Of a DNA stretch of 64,000 nt, positions 38,144 to 47,691 are shown piece by piece. The notes under the pieces were generated by a model, which made no database searches, was not told the origin of the DNA, and was given only the letters and a program-made list of their open reading frames with translations. Source of the stretch: an uncultured virus (IMG/VR IMGVR_UViG_3300021399_000162) (lineage: Duplodnaviria > Heunggongvirae > Uroviricota > Caudoviricetes); IMG/VR virus record IMGVR_UViG_3300021399_000162, one strand, 5' to 3'. Positions within the stretch are counted from its first letter, which is position 1. Each line of letters begins with the position of its first letter. The translations under genes were made by a program, and so were the position numbers.

Positions 38144-38203
38144 ATTTGTCACGCAGAAACCCATTAAATTAGATAAACTTTAAAATGAAAGGAAAGAGCC
38201 TAT

Positions 38204-38824
38204 ATGAATACTAAACTCACTGTCACTGAAGCCGCCAAGTATCTGAATGTGACCGAACCGTACATTTATATACTCATCAAGAAAGGTCGTCTGCCCTCTG
38301 TAAAAATGGATACTCGTGATGGCGTTCATTACCAGTATTTCATCGATCCTGAAGATCTCGACAATTATATTGCGACCAGGCGTCCTCGTGTCTCTCGTTC
38401 CACCGGCGTAGAAAAGACTGCAAGTAAGCACCGTCCTCACAAGATCCCTGATAAGGTGTTCATCAGCACACCTATGGCCGGCAAGTCGGACTTCGAGATC
38501 CTGGCGATGCTTCAAAGGACGGCCGAAGAAGGAGACGAAAACGGCTTCGCACCGAAGGATAACTACACTTCGGGTTACACGGATGCTAATCCTCCCAAGA
38601 ACTACAAGCATCCCCAGCTGTGGTATCTTGGAAAGAGCTTGATTAAAATGGCCGACTGCGATGAAGTTGTCTTTACCGAAGGGTGGGAGAAGGCTCGTGG
38701 ATGCGTGATTGAGCGTCTTGTCTATGACTTCTACTTCAAAGGATACTTCGACACTATGATCGCAGACATCATGCGTGGCGAAAATGACGCAAAACTTATA
38801 GAAAGGATTACTAAGAAGAAATGA
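38204..38824 (+). CDS. Excisionase-like HTH fused to a DUF4406/nucleoside deoxyribosyltransferase-like domain
   Basis: LTVTEAAKYLNVT...IKKGRLP; KVFISTPMAGK...CDEVVF..GWEKARGC.IE. Confidence 0.65.
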   Translation: MNTKLTVTEAAKYLNVTEPYIYILIKKGRLPSVKMDTRDGVHYQYFIDPEDLDNYIATRRPRVSRSTGVEKTASKHRPHKIPDKVFISTPMAGKSDFEILAMLQRTAEEGDENGFAPKDNYTSGYTDANPPKNYKHPQLWYLGKSLIKMADCDEVVFTEGWEKARGCVIERLVYDFYFKGYFDTMIADIMRGENDAKLIERITKKK

Positions 38825-39042
38825 ATTGGTTCGTTGTTGGTGCATTCATTGTAGGTGCAATTGCCGGATACGTCATAAACGCTATCCGTGTCACTAACCG
38901 CACTATTGGTACACTGCGGGAGGACCGGTCGGATCCGGACTCCCCTTACCTTTTTCTTGAAATCGATAAGGGCGGATATTCAAAGATCCACTCTAAGGAC
39001 TGGGTTTGCATGCGCGTTTTGCTCAAGGATTACATCTCCTGA
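38821..39042 (+). CDS. Small membrane protein
   Basis: N-terminal TM helix, then IGTLR.DRSDPD.PYLFLE. Confidence 0.6.
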   Translation: MNWFVVGAFIVGAIAGYVINAIRVTNRTIGTLREDRSDPDSPYLFLEIDKGGYSKIHSKDWVCMRVLLKDYIS

Positions 39043-39095
39043 CGCGAGAAAATCGATGGCTATTATGGAAACCCATAATTTAAGGAGGTAATCTT

Positions 39096-39653
39096 ATGGA
39101 AGAAAACACAATTCGGGAACTGCTGGCGGGAGAGATCCAGAAAACTCTGGTGGATATATCTCAAGTTACCGCAGACAGTCAGGAATCCAAGGCATGTATT
39201 ACAAAACTGAACATGCTGTACGGAAAGTATCTGGAGGAAGAAACCCTTGACCTCAAGGAACGAGGCCGGCTTGATGAGAGCTATGACAAGGGCAACCAGT
39301 TCTCACTGCGAAAGAAAGAACTCGATCTGAGAGAGAAAGAGCTTGAACAAAAAATGGCTCAGTTTATGGCTGAGGCAGATTTGCGAAAGCGGGAACTTGA
39401 TCAGAAAGAGTCACAATTTGCAGCGGAGAAAAAGTTGCGTGAGGAAGAGCTTGAACAGAAGATGGCTGAAATCAAAGGATCAAAGGCAGACCGCTGGATA
39501 AACATTCTGTTGACAGTATTTAGTGTTGGCGTACCGCTTGGAGTCTCAAGCTATTGGATGGCAAAGGGAATGAAATTCGAGGAAACTGGAACTTACACCA
39601 GCCGAACCGGACAGTGGCTTTCTCAGCATTTGAGGCTGTTTAAGAAAGGGTGA
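39096..39653 (+). CDS. Coiled-coil protein with C-terminal TM helix
   Basis: LR..EL.QK repeated three times; TM helix then KFEETGT.TS. Confidence 0.65.
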   Translation: MEENTIRELLAGEIQKTLVDISQVTADSQESKACITKLNMLYGKYLEEETLDLKERGRLDESYDKGNQFSLRKKELDLREKELEQKMAQFMAEADLRKRELDQKESQFAAEKKLREEELEQKMAEIKGSKADRWINILLTVFSVGVPLGVSSYWMAKGMKFEETGTYTSRTGQWLSQHLRLFKKG

Positions 39654-39714
39654 TCCGAAGAGGAGGAGATCTGTGGCAAGGTCTTCTCCTTTTCGATTTT
39701 GAGGAGGTGGCACC

Positions 39715-40080
39715 ATGCGATACCATCATGAGGACGATGGACTGGTTCATGTTGGTCAGTTTGGAATTCTTTATACGTGTGATCATCCGGTATATGACAG
39801 TTGCACACTATACAGAGTTCGTGATTGCGGTCTTGCTGTGATTCAGCAAAGATGCCTTCAGTCGTGCAAATGTACTTCTTGGGGTCCAATTGACACTGAC
39901 TTGGTAGATATAATCTACCTTCATCCGAAATTCCTTCCATTCTTCAAGAAATATGCAAAGCCAAAAAACGAGAAAGGTCTGTACCCGACTGTAACTGTAC
40001 GCCAGATCATGTGGGGTCTGCGAATGAAGCCTCTCAAGCGTGAACCTTGGGAGACTTACTTTGATAGAAAAGGGTTCTAG
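39715..40080 (+). CDS. Hypothetical protein
   Basis: CDHPVY..CTLY...GLAVIQQR...YPTVTVRQIMW; RBS GGAGGTG. Confidence 0.65.
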   Translation: MRYHHEDDGLVHVGQFGILYTCDHPVYDSCTLYRVRDCGLAVIQQRCLQSCKCTSWGPIDTDLVDIIYLHPKFLPFFKKYAKPKNEKGLYPTVTVRQIMWGLRMKPLKREPWETYFDRKGF

Positions 40081-40131
40081 CGCGAAAAAAGTGCCTCCTA
40101 TTATGAAACCATGAAAAGGAGGACGTTGGTT

Positions 40132-40248
40132 ATGTTTGGTATTGGCGTTTGTTGGTTACTTATGAGGTTGGCAATGTTCTTACTGGCCTTGAGTGTGATC
40201 GGAGAGGCAATAAAAACTGTAATCGGATGGTTCACGAAAAAGAAATGA
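40132..40248 (+). CDS. 38-aa hydrophobic peptide with basic tail
   Basis: MFGIGVCWLLMRLAMFLLALSVIGEAIKTVIGWFTKKK; promoter 40081, RBS and hairpin. Confidence 0.55.
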   Translation: MFGIGVCWLLMRLAMFLLALSVIGEAIKTVIGWFTKKK

Positions 40249-40306
40249 TTTCAAGCGGAGAGTCTGTGACAGGACTCTTCCGTTTTGACTTGAAGGAGGA
40301 CTAAAC

Positions 40307-40627
40307 ATGACAGATTATCTCAATAAAATTCTTAATGAATTCCAAAAGATTCCCGAAGACAAGCGTGCAAAAGTATTTGGCGAAGTCGCCGTAGCATTGT
40401 TCGGCAGCGGTAGGTCAACTCTTAATCCGGTACCTTTTGAACAGTGTGGAGCAGATCTCGATGGAGATATTTTGTATTATCACGGGCAGCCGGTTGTTGT
40501 AGATTATCGCAAAGTATGGTTCAATGGATACAAGACAGCTGCTCAGGCGCTTCCTTATGATACAGCTTTCGCTAACAGCGTTAAATGCGCTCGTGAGGAG
40601 ACACAACATGGACGAAAGGATTGTTGA
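40307..40627 (+). CDS. Hypothetical protein
   Basis: 106 aa; RBS AGGAGG. Confidence 0.55.
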   Translation: MTDYLNKILNEFQKIPEDKRAKVFGEVAVALFGSGRSTLNPVPFEQCGADLDGDILYYHGQPVVVDYRKVWFNGYKTAAQALPYDTAFANSVKCAREETQHGRKDC

Positions 40628-40877
40628 TTATATTCCGATGTCTGAAAAGCGTCGAGAGAAATGGGATAAACGAAATCTGATTGCGGTTAAATGCCCAAAA
40701 TGCAAAACCCGTTTTGTTTTGGATAAAAAAGACGCAGACAATTACCATTCCAAAGACGAAGTCGCTTGTCCTGAGTGTGGTTTTACGCATTATCACTGGA
40801 GTTCATATGTAACCTGGAATTTTACGTACAACATTGCAAAATTTTTAAGGAGGAAATTCGATGAAGATGATCTTTAA
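40608..40877 (+). CDS. Zinc-ribbon protein
   Basis: CPKC...CPECG. Confidence 0.6.
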   Translation: MDERIVDYIPMSEKRREKWDKRNLIAVKCPKCKTRFVLDKKDADNYHSKDEVACPECGFTHYHWSSYVTWNFTYNIAKFLRRKFDEDDL

Positions 40878-41292
40878 AGTCCTGCTTGGTGTTGTGGGCA
40901 CGTATGCAGTTGGTAAGATTTGCTATGAAATTGGAAAGGATGTTGGTTCTGTTGAGGCTCAGCTCAAGAATGATCCTGATACAGAGGATCTTGAGCACGA
41001 AGTTGATAACGATTCGGTAGAGTATGAGGTTTCTGATTTCGACAGCGATCCTCAGAAGACCGAAGAAAAGGCTGAGCCCGAACAGGAACCCGAACAGACT
41101 CCTGTCAAGAAACCTGGTTTCTTTGATAAACTGAAGGAGCTTCGGAGCGTCTCCAAGATTAAAGATATCTTTACCAAGAAAGATCAATCAGTTTTGGGTA
41201 AGATCCTGACCAATCCAGATGGCACGCAGATCAATGCCTCTGTTGAGAACGGTGAGATCCACATCAAGGTGAAACCAAAGAAACGCGAATAA
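40861..41292 (+). CDS. Hypothetical protein with N-terminal hydrophobic helix
   Basis: 143 aa; RBS AAGGAGG. Confidence 0.55.
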   Translation: MKMIFKVLLGVVGTYAVGKICYEIGKDVGSVEAQLKNDPDTEDLEHEVDNDSVEYEVSDFDSDPQKTEEKAEPEQEPEQTPVKKPGFFDKLKELRSVSKIKDIFTKKDQSVLGKILTNPDGTQINASVENGEIHIKVKPKKRE

Positions 41293-41350
41293 AGCGATGT
41301 CTATTATGGAACCATATCGGTTGGTTACCAGAAAAAAGGAGGATGATTTT

Positions 41351-41707
41351 ATGAAAATCTACGTAGTTCCTGAAGATGACAGCATGAAAGCAAAGGCGAA
41401 AGCTTGGTTCAAAAATCGGTGGGCAGATGCTCAGGATTTTGCGGAAAGGCACCCGGTGTTTACTTGGGTTGTACTCCCTTGTATGCTCGGTGGCGCGTGT
41501 GAATTGACCAAGGGTTTGATCAAGGCGCACAACCTCGGCAAGGAGGAAGCACTTAAGAATCTCTACTGCTATGACCGCAAGCTTGGACATTACTGGAAGC
41601 TAAGCGATGTGCTGAGCAATGACCAGTGGCTTGAAGTGCAGAATCGGATGGACAACGGAGAAAAACTTGGTTCAATCCTTGATTCGATGGGAGCGCTGAA
41701 ACGGTGA
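41351..41707 (+). CDS. Hypothetical membrane protein (promoter cassette)
   Basis: Promoter 41284; central TM helix; YDRKLGHYW.L. Confidence 0.6.
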   Translation: MKIYVVPEDDSMKAKAKAWFKNRWADAQDFAERHPVFTWVVLPCMLGGACELTKGLIKAHNLGKEEALKNLYCYDRKLGHYWKLSDVLSNDQWLEVQNRMDNGEKLGSILDSMGALKR

Positions 41708-41796
41708 CAAAAGAAACGGTTGAGTCTGTGACAGGACTCTTCCGTTTTTCTTTCGCGAAAAAAGCTTGGCCTATTATGGAAAGGAGGTTCCATCAT

Positions 41797-41994
41797 ATGG
41801 TTGATTGGATTAAAGACAAACTTGATGACATCGACTGGCTGAATGTTGGCAAATGGTTGTGTCTTCTTGGCGGAGGTCTGCTTACTTTGATAGGTGGCAC
41901 AGTCTTCGGCGAGAAGATCAAAGACAGGCAATTCAAGAAGACAGTCGAGAAAGAAGTGAGGTCTCGGCTTGATCAGATTACGAAGAACAAATGA
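41797..41994 (+). CDS. Small membrane protein (promoter cassette)
   Basis: Promoter 41754; one TM helix; downstream hairpin. Confidence 0.6.
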   Translation: MVDWIKDKLDDIDWLNVGKWLCLLGGGLLTLIGGTVFGEKIKDRQFKKTVEKEVRSRLDQITKNK

Positions 41995-42058
41995 CCAAAT
42001 TGAAGAGTCTGTAAAAGGACTCTTCCGTTTTGACTTGGATTGAATTGGAGGAAAGCTT

Positions 42059-42400
42059 ATGACCAAAACAGAGGCCGTCAGATGGTTGTGTGAATATAGG
42101 AATGAAAACACACTCCTAAATGTCACACCAAATCCATACGGGCGGCCTGGTGTCTCAAACGACTTTGAGAGCAATGTGTACATGAATAGTTTTGTGAATA
42201 TTCTGATACACGATATTTATGCGCTCGATGTCGATCCGATCACGATTGTAGCCGATAAGTATTATCGTTTTGACGATGTACTGGCTGAATCTGAAGAAGA
42301 CCATTTTGTCACGCACAACTTTTGTGCTTACATGGAGTATTTGACACGTGATATGTATGACTATCTTTGCAAAAAGGAGAAACAATATGGGAATCGTTGA
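42059..42400 (+). CDS. Hypothetical protein
   Basis: 113 aa; RBS GGAGG. Confidence 0.55.
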   Translation: MTKTEAVRWLCEYRNENTLLNVTPNPYGRPGVSNDFESNVYMNSFVNILIHDIYALDVDPITIVADKYYRFDDVLAESEEDHFVTHNFCAYMEYLTRDMYDYLCKKEKQYGNR

Positions 42401-43193
42401 TAGCGTTAAACATGAATTAAACCAGCATGCTCCTGCATATCTCGCTGCATTGGCGTTTACCGGATGGGCTACAGGAACTGTTCTTGCTGTCAAAGCAACA
42501 CCTAAGGCCATGGAAGATATTGAGGCCAAGAAGAAGGAACTTGGCACGGATGATCTGAGCATCTGGGACACGGTTGGTGCTTGCTGGAAGCGTTATATTT
42601 GGTCTGCTGCAGCGTTTACGTTCGGTACAGTGAGCATGGTCGGCAGTGTGGCTGAAGGCGAGAAGAAGTATGCTACTGCACTTGCCGCAAACGATATTCT
42701 TATGAACTCGATTCGTGAGTATGCGGATTACCGTAAGAACACGGAAGAGCAGCTTGGCAAAAAGAAAGAGCAGGAGATCTACAAACAGACACAAGAGCAG
42801 CAGATGGAGCAGAACCCGCCTTCTCCTCAGAACACTCTTGTACATGACCCATTTGTGCAGGGAACTCCTGGAGGTCCAATTTGTTATTTTCCGGACTTTG
42901 GCGTGTATGTGTATGCATCCTATGACGACGTCAAAGCCGCTGTGAATAAGGTCGGATCGAAAATTCTTGGATCGATTGGTGGCACTGCTTGTGTCAACGA
43001 CATATTTGAGGAGCTTCGTGCCAAGACCACAACCGTCGGAGACTATCTCGGATGGAATCTTGATACTGGCGTGCCTCAGATTCCTGAGAAGGACGATATT
43101 CTTTATTCTGGCACCCCTGTTACTGGCGATCCGTGTTGGGTGTGCCCGTTTGTCAATTTTCCACAGTACGAGTACCAGTTCTTTCGGGATTAA
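42387..43193 (+). CDS. DUF6353-like protein
   Basis: G..TGTVLAVKATPKA...WKRYI...ND.FEEL...G..LGW; family name recalled. Confidence 0.55.
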   Translation: MGIVDSVKHELNQHAPAYLAALAFTGWATGTVLAVKATPKAMEDIEAKKKELGTDDLSIWDTVGACWKRYIWSAAAFTFGTVSMVGSVAEGEKKYATALAANDILMNSIREYADYRKNTEEQLGKKKEQEIYKQTQEQQMEQNPPSPQNTLVHDPFVQGTPGGPICYFPDFGVYVYASYDDVKAAVNKVGSKILGSIGGTACVNDIFEELRAKTTTVGDYLGWNLDTGVPQIPEKDDILYSGTPVTGDPCWVCPFVNFPQYEYQFFRD

Positions 43194-43280
43194 TGTCGAT
43201 TGGTTAGTCATGTGACCGCGAAAAAAGTAAGCACTATTATGGAGGGAAAACCCTACCAAAAATATAGGAGGAATACTACT

Positions 43281-43679
43281 ATGGAAGAGAACATGGAAGC
43301 AATGGTGAATCAGGTTCTGGAGACTGCAACTGAACAGGTTGCGAATGAACCCGAAGTGGTGACAAACGCTTTGACTGAAGCTGTAACTCAGCAGGTCGTT
43401 GCGCAGCCGACAAAATTCAATCCGTGGATCAACGTCGGAGTTGGTACTGGCTTGGTCGGACTCACTCTCACAGGCAAATGGGCCTGGGATAAGTGGATCG
43501 GACCGAAGCTGGCCGAGAAGAGGTTGGAACGGAAGTTTATGAAGGAAGCTCGCAAGGCCGCTAAGCAAGCGATAAAGGATGCGAAAGCCACTAAGGCTCA
43601 GGCGACTCAGCAGCCGCAGCCCCAGGAACCCGAAGCACCGCAGCAGAATGCAGACATCCCGGTAGAAACTCAGAAGTAA
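43281..43679 (+). CDS. Hypothetical membrane protein
   Basis: Promoter 43217; central hydrophobic segment. Confidence 0.6.
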   Translation: MEENMEAMVNQVLETATEQVANEPEVVTNALTEAVTQQVVAQPTKFNPWINVGVGTGLVGLTLTGKWAWDKWIGPKLAEKRLERKFMKEARKAAKQAIKDAKATKAQATQQPQPQEPEAPQQNADIPVETQK

Positions 43680-43762
43680 TTTGGTGATTGGACCGACAAA
43701 AGAGAGGAGATTATGTGATAAGCATGGTCTTCTCTCTTTTTCTTTGAAAGGAGTTTAACTTT

Positions 43763-44362
43763 ATGGCTGAACATCAAATGTACCCGTCCAATACGGACTC
43801 GGCAAGACAGGCAGCTCAACAGACACCCACGAATCCTAAGAACGTCGAACCTGCAGTAAGTGGCGCAAGCGTATACGAAAAGTCGATGTTTGATAAAACG
43901 ACAGAGTTCTTTGGGCTCCAGAAACCCAAGACATTCGGTGACTGGGTTGCAATGGTAGCAGACATGACTAACCGTGTGTATTCTGCGTTTGACACGATTA
44001 CAGGCAACAAGCGTAATCAGACTGGAGTTGGTGTCCCTGCAGCACGTATTGCGTATGGGCAGTTCTATAACCAGGCTCAGGCAGCTCAGCAGTATGCACA
44101 GCCCAAGCAGACCAGCACGTACAGCTATGATGATATTCTCTATCGCACTCGTGGCGACGCAGAAGTTGTCTTGGCACAGATGCGTGAGCTGCTCGAGATG
44201 TATAGGAATGTCTCGGTTGGAGATCTGTTCGATCTGAGTGGCATTTCTTCGCCAAATGGATTCACCGATCAGAAATTCGGTTGGAAGGATCTCAGTATGG
44301 CGCGTGTGGTTCCGGCTGGAACAGGCTTTATGATTCTTCTGCCAAAAGCAGGACAACTATAA
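43763..44362 (+). CDS. Phage hypothetical protein
   Basis: YDDI...TRGDAE.VL..M......Y..VSV.DL.DL.G......TD.KFGW. Confidence 0.65.
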   Translation: MAEHQMYPSNTDSARQAAQQTPTNPKNVEPAVSGASVYEKSMFDKTTEFFGLQKPKTFGDWVAMVADMTNRVYSAFDTITGNKRNQTGVGVPAARIAYGQFYNQAQAAQQYAQPKQTSTYSYDDILYRTRGDAEVVLAQMRELLEMYRNVSVGDLFDLSGISSPNGFTDQKFGWKDLSMARVVPAGTGFMILLPKAGQL

Positions 44363-44375
44363 GGAGGTTTAAATT

Positions 44376-44744
44376 ATGATCAAACTTACATTTGAATTTG
44401 CATCTAAGCAAGAGCTTGGAGATTTCTTGGCTAAACTCAATTACAATGCTAATTTTACTTCTGTTAAATCTGAGGACACAGCCAAGAATGATTCTTTCGA
44501 TATAGAGCCGTTTGTGTTCGAAACCGAGCACGAAGCTCGTGAGTTCATGAATGAGATTCGTCAGCTTATTGAAAAGTACTCGAACGTTTCCGTCGCTGAT
44601 GCTTATGACATGATTCACAAGCGATGGCCGCATGGCTATACGGATTGCAAGTACGGATGGACCCGTATGGACAGTATTAAATTAGATATTGATTATAACA
44701 AATCTGAATATATTGTCACTTTTGATAAGCCTGTCAAACTGTAA
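44376..44744 (+). CDS. Paralog of the 43763 C-terminal domain
   Basis: EAREFM...IEKYSNVSVADAYD...TD.KYGW. Confidence 0.6.
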   Translation: MIKLTFEFASKQELGDFLAKLNYNANFTSVKSEDTAKNDSFDIEPFVFETEHEAREFMNEIRQLIEKYSNVSVADAYDMIHKRWPHGYTDCKYGWTRMDSIKLDIDYNKSEYIVTFDKPVKL

Positions 44745-44757
44745 GGAGGTTTAAAAT

Positions 44758-45267
44758 ATGTTTAAATTGGAATTCCGGTTTTCTACTTACACTTCAGCAA
44801 TGATGTTTGCTGACGATATACAGAGCGAGTGCCGTGAGAAAGGGAGCATCACGATAGAGCGTGTTCTTAAGGTCGCAGACGGTTACAGTCCTTCGCTCAG
44901 AGGCCGTTTCTTTACGTATCCTGATATTAAGGATTATGCAAAGAAATTCGGCTGGGCTTATGACCAGGGTGGTATCGATTTGGCGATCGGAACGGAGCGT
45001 ATGGCTATCCACTTTGACGCGGTTTATGTCATCCGAGTATACAACCTCCCAGTCGAGCTTGTTAATAATGTTCAGGAACAGATTGACGCACTCTACAAGA
45101 AGGCACTCAAGAGCCTGGTGACGTGGGATCATAAGGATCCTGATGTTATTGACAAGGCTCTGGCAAATCTCAAAGAGATTCAGCGACTCCTTGGTAAAGA
45201 TCCCAAACTCGACAATGGATCCCTTGGTGACGCTATTTACAAGGCATGGAAGGAGAATAAAAAATGA
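44758..45267 (+). CDS. Hypothetical protein (distant paralog of the previous two)
   Basis: KKFGW motif; near-identical RBS context TAAGGAGGTTTAAA. Confidence 0.55.
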   Translation: MFKLEFRFSTYTSAMMFADDIQSECREKGSITIERVLKVADGYSPSLRGRFFTYPDIKDYAKKFGWAYDQGGIDLAIGTERMAIHFDAVYVIRVYNLPVELVNNVQEQIDALYKKALKSLVTWDHKDPDVIDKALANLKEIQRLLGKDPKLDNGSLGDAIYKAWKENKK

Positions 45268-46148
45268 ACGAATTCACTCGTAAACTTAAGGAAAAGCTGC
45301 CTGATATTCTGATGGCAACCGGCATTATCGGACATGTGGGAGGCCTCGTACTTGGTTGCGTGGCCACCACTAAAGTCCCGGACATCATGGATGAGTATCG
45401 TGCAAAGCTGGCTGAGGTTGCGCTGATTGAAGATGAGGACGAGCGCAAGAAGGCCATGCGCAAGGTTAAGGGTTGGCTTGTTTGGCAGATGACCAAGAAC
45501 TATGCAGGAACGGCTGCAGTCGAAGGTCTGTCTATTGCAAGTGAACTTGGAGCTTATACCAAGGTCAAGAAGACTTGCGCAGAGCTTGCTGTAACAGTTG
45601 GCGTTCTGGACGGTGCTCTCAAGGCAATTAAGGAGCGTACTGCCAATACCGTTGGTGAAGAGAAAGCCGATGATATTTGGCTTGGCGGTAAGGACGAAGT
45701 GACCGAGCCTGAGGAAAAGAACGAGGATGGTGAAGTCACCAAGGAAGCCAAGACCGAGAAGGTTTATGACACCGAGATGCCTTCTCCGTATGCGGTATGG
45801 TTCACGCCTGAGGATTTCACGGGTGCTGAACTGTCCGACGACTACAATGGAACTTTCCTCCAGCTGCAGGAAGATTTGTACAACAATTACATCAACCATG
45901 GAGTGAAACTCATTCTGTGGAATGATTGTCTGAAGGCACTTGGCAAGAAGAAGCTCAGTGCTGCAGGTAATCACGTTGGCTGGGTTTACAACAAAGATGC
46001 AGTCGGCAAGCAGATTGATTTCCGTGCTCGTCTGGTGCTCAGGCGAAACGAGAATGGCGAGCTTGAACGTTGCTGGCTGCTTGACCCAAATGTTCTTGGT
46101 AATGCAGAAGAGATTGCTCTCGAGCGTGGATACATTAGCAAATTTTAA
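45264..46148 (+). CDS. DUF6353-like protein
   Basis: P.IL...GI.G.VGG.VL.C.ATTK...SPYA.WF...FL...ND....LG....AG..VGW...LDPNV.G. Confidence 0.6.
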   Translation: MNEFTRKLKEKLPDILMATGIIGHVGGLVLGCVATTKVPDIMDEYRAKLAEVALIEDEDERKKAMRKVKGWLVWQMTKNYAGTAAVEGLSIASELGAYTKVKKTCAELAVTVGVLDGALKAIKERTANTVGEEKADDIWLGGKDEVTEPEEKNEDGEVTKEAKTEKVYDTEMPSPYAVWFTPEDFTGAELSDDYNGTFLQLQEDLYNNYINHGVKLILWNDCLKALGKKKLSAAGNHVGWVYNKDAVGKQIDFRARLVLRRNENGELERCWLLDPNVLGNAEEIALERGYISKF

Positions 46149-46163
46149 ATTGGAGGAATTAGT

Positions 46164-46733
46164 ATGAAAGGCGCAGGTATTATCGGGTTCTTTAGTGGAT
46201 TGGCTATCGGCGGTGTCGGAGTATTCTTCGGCACCCGTCGCCTTCTTGAGGATAAGTACAAGAAAGATCTCGAGGTTCAGCTTGAAGCTCAGATCAAAGA
46301 AGTTCGTGAAGCATTTGCGAATGCCAAGCACATGGAGCGCAAGGATGAAAAGGAAGCTCCTGCTAAGGAACCTGCAACCATGGATCAGGCAGCGGAGGCT
46401 CATACCAAGTATGCAGCTGACTCGTCTGTCAACTCTGTGGATTTCCTGAAGACACAGCAGCCCAAGAAGCCGTATATCATCACCGTTGAGGAGTACGACA
46501 CGAAGGGTTATGATAAAGCGGAGTTCCTGTATTTCGCAGATGGCACACTCATCAACATCAAGAATCGTGACGTCCCGTATACTCCGGATCAGATCACAGC
46601 GATCTGCGGAAACATGTGGCGTGACCTTATTGGACCAGACAGCGGTGAGATCTATCTCAGAAATGACGAGATCAAAACCGACATCGCCATCACTCGCGAT
46701 CTGAGGAAATACTCCGATTATATTCGCAGGTAA
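46164..46733 (+). CDS. Hypothetical protein (N-terminal TM)
   Basis: PYII..EEY...YFADG.L...YLRND....D..I.RD...Y. Confidence 0.6.
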   Translation: MKGAGIIGFFSGLAIGGVGVFFGTRRLLEDKYKKDLEVQLEAQIKEVREAFANAKHMERKDEKEAPAKEPATMDQAAEAHTKYAADSSVNSVDFLKTQQPKKPYIITVEEYDTKGYDKAEFLYFADGTLINIKNRDVPYTPDQITAICGNMWRDLIGPDSGEIYLRNDEIKTDIAITRDLRKYSDYIRR

Positions 46734-46748
46734 TTGGAGTGATGTGAA

Positions 46749-47297
46749 TTGACCGAGGGACTTGACCGGCTTGAGCTGGGTTACTTTACCTGGCTCAAGA
46801 GCCGTGTCGGGATGGAGCATCATCAACGGTTGCTCCTAGAGTTATATTTAACGCCATTTAGGTGGACCATGGATATGGACGAGAATCGAGCTGGTGATGG
46901 GCTTAACATGCGCTATAGATACAGTTATAGCCAGGGCCTGAGTAAGGAAGACAGAGATAAGCTTGATAAAATTCGTCCTTGCAGTGTTCTTGAGGTTATG
47001 ATCTCAATGGCTGTCAGAGCTGAAGAGGAATATATGGTCTCAGGCGATGACGACATGACTGCAAAATGGTTCTACCACATGGTGGCATCTCTTGGATTGA
47101 TTGGCATGAATGATGTCAAATTCGATCGAGAGAAGGTTCAAGAAAAACTGAATAAAATGATGGATAGAGACTACTCACCTAATGGGCTGGGTGGTCTCTT
47201 TTTCATTCCTGGCTATGACAAGGATGACCTACGAACTGTCGAGTTGTGGTATCAGATGATGGCCTATCTCGACTATTATATTTATGGAGGAGAATAA
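46749..47297 (+). CDS. Phage hypothetical protein
   Basis: YF.WL...F.W...DENRAGDG..MRYR...CSVLEVM...R.Y..NG.GGLF...ELWYQM..YL. Confidence 0.65.
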   Translation: MTEGLDRLELGYFTWLKSRVGMEHHQRLLLELYLTPFRWTMDMDENRAGDGLNMRYRYSYSQGLSKEDRDKLDKIRPCSVLEVMISMAVRAEEEYMVSGDDDMTAKWFYHMVASLGLIGMNDVKFDREKVQEKLNKMMDRDYSPNGLGGLFFIPGYDKDDLRTVELWYQMMAYLDYYIYGGE

Positions 47298-47299
47298 AA

Positions 47300-47680
47300 A
47301 TGATGAACAATGTTGAAAATTACTATGGTGTTAATGTCTCTGAGAACCCCGAACTCGTGAAGTGGATGAAGGACGTGGACGAATTCCTGGATACTGTGTA
47401 TCACGACCGTGGTCGCCTCAATAACAACTTCAAGGTGTTTATGGACGCTCACAATAAGCTTGGTGATCGTGTTGAGGAGCTTGAGAACACCGTCGGTTCT
47501 CTCCGTGCAAACAATACGCTTTTGGGCTTTGGACTTCTGGCGATCAGTGTCAGTGGTCTGTTGCTGTGGTGGTCCCAGTCTGAAACTGATGAGCAGGTTG
47601 CCCAGCTGTCTGGTGAAATGGAAACCATGCGCGAGAAGATCAGGACCATGGCCGACGCGTTTAATTTTGATGCAAAGTAA
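47300..47680 (+). CDS. Hypothetical membrane protein
   Basis: Coiled coil plus TM helix. Confidence 0.55.
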   Translation: MMNNVENYYGVNVSENPELVKWMKDVDEFLDTVYHDRGRLNNNFKVFMDAHNKLGDRVEELENTVGSLRANNTLLGFGLLAISVSGLLLWWSQSETDEQVAQLSGEMETMREKIRTMADAFNFDAK

Positions 47681-47691
47681 GGGATAAGAGT

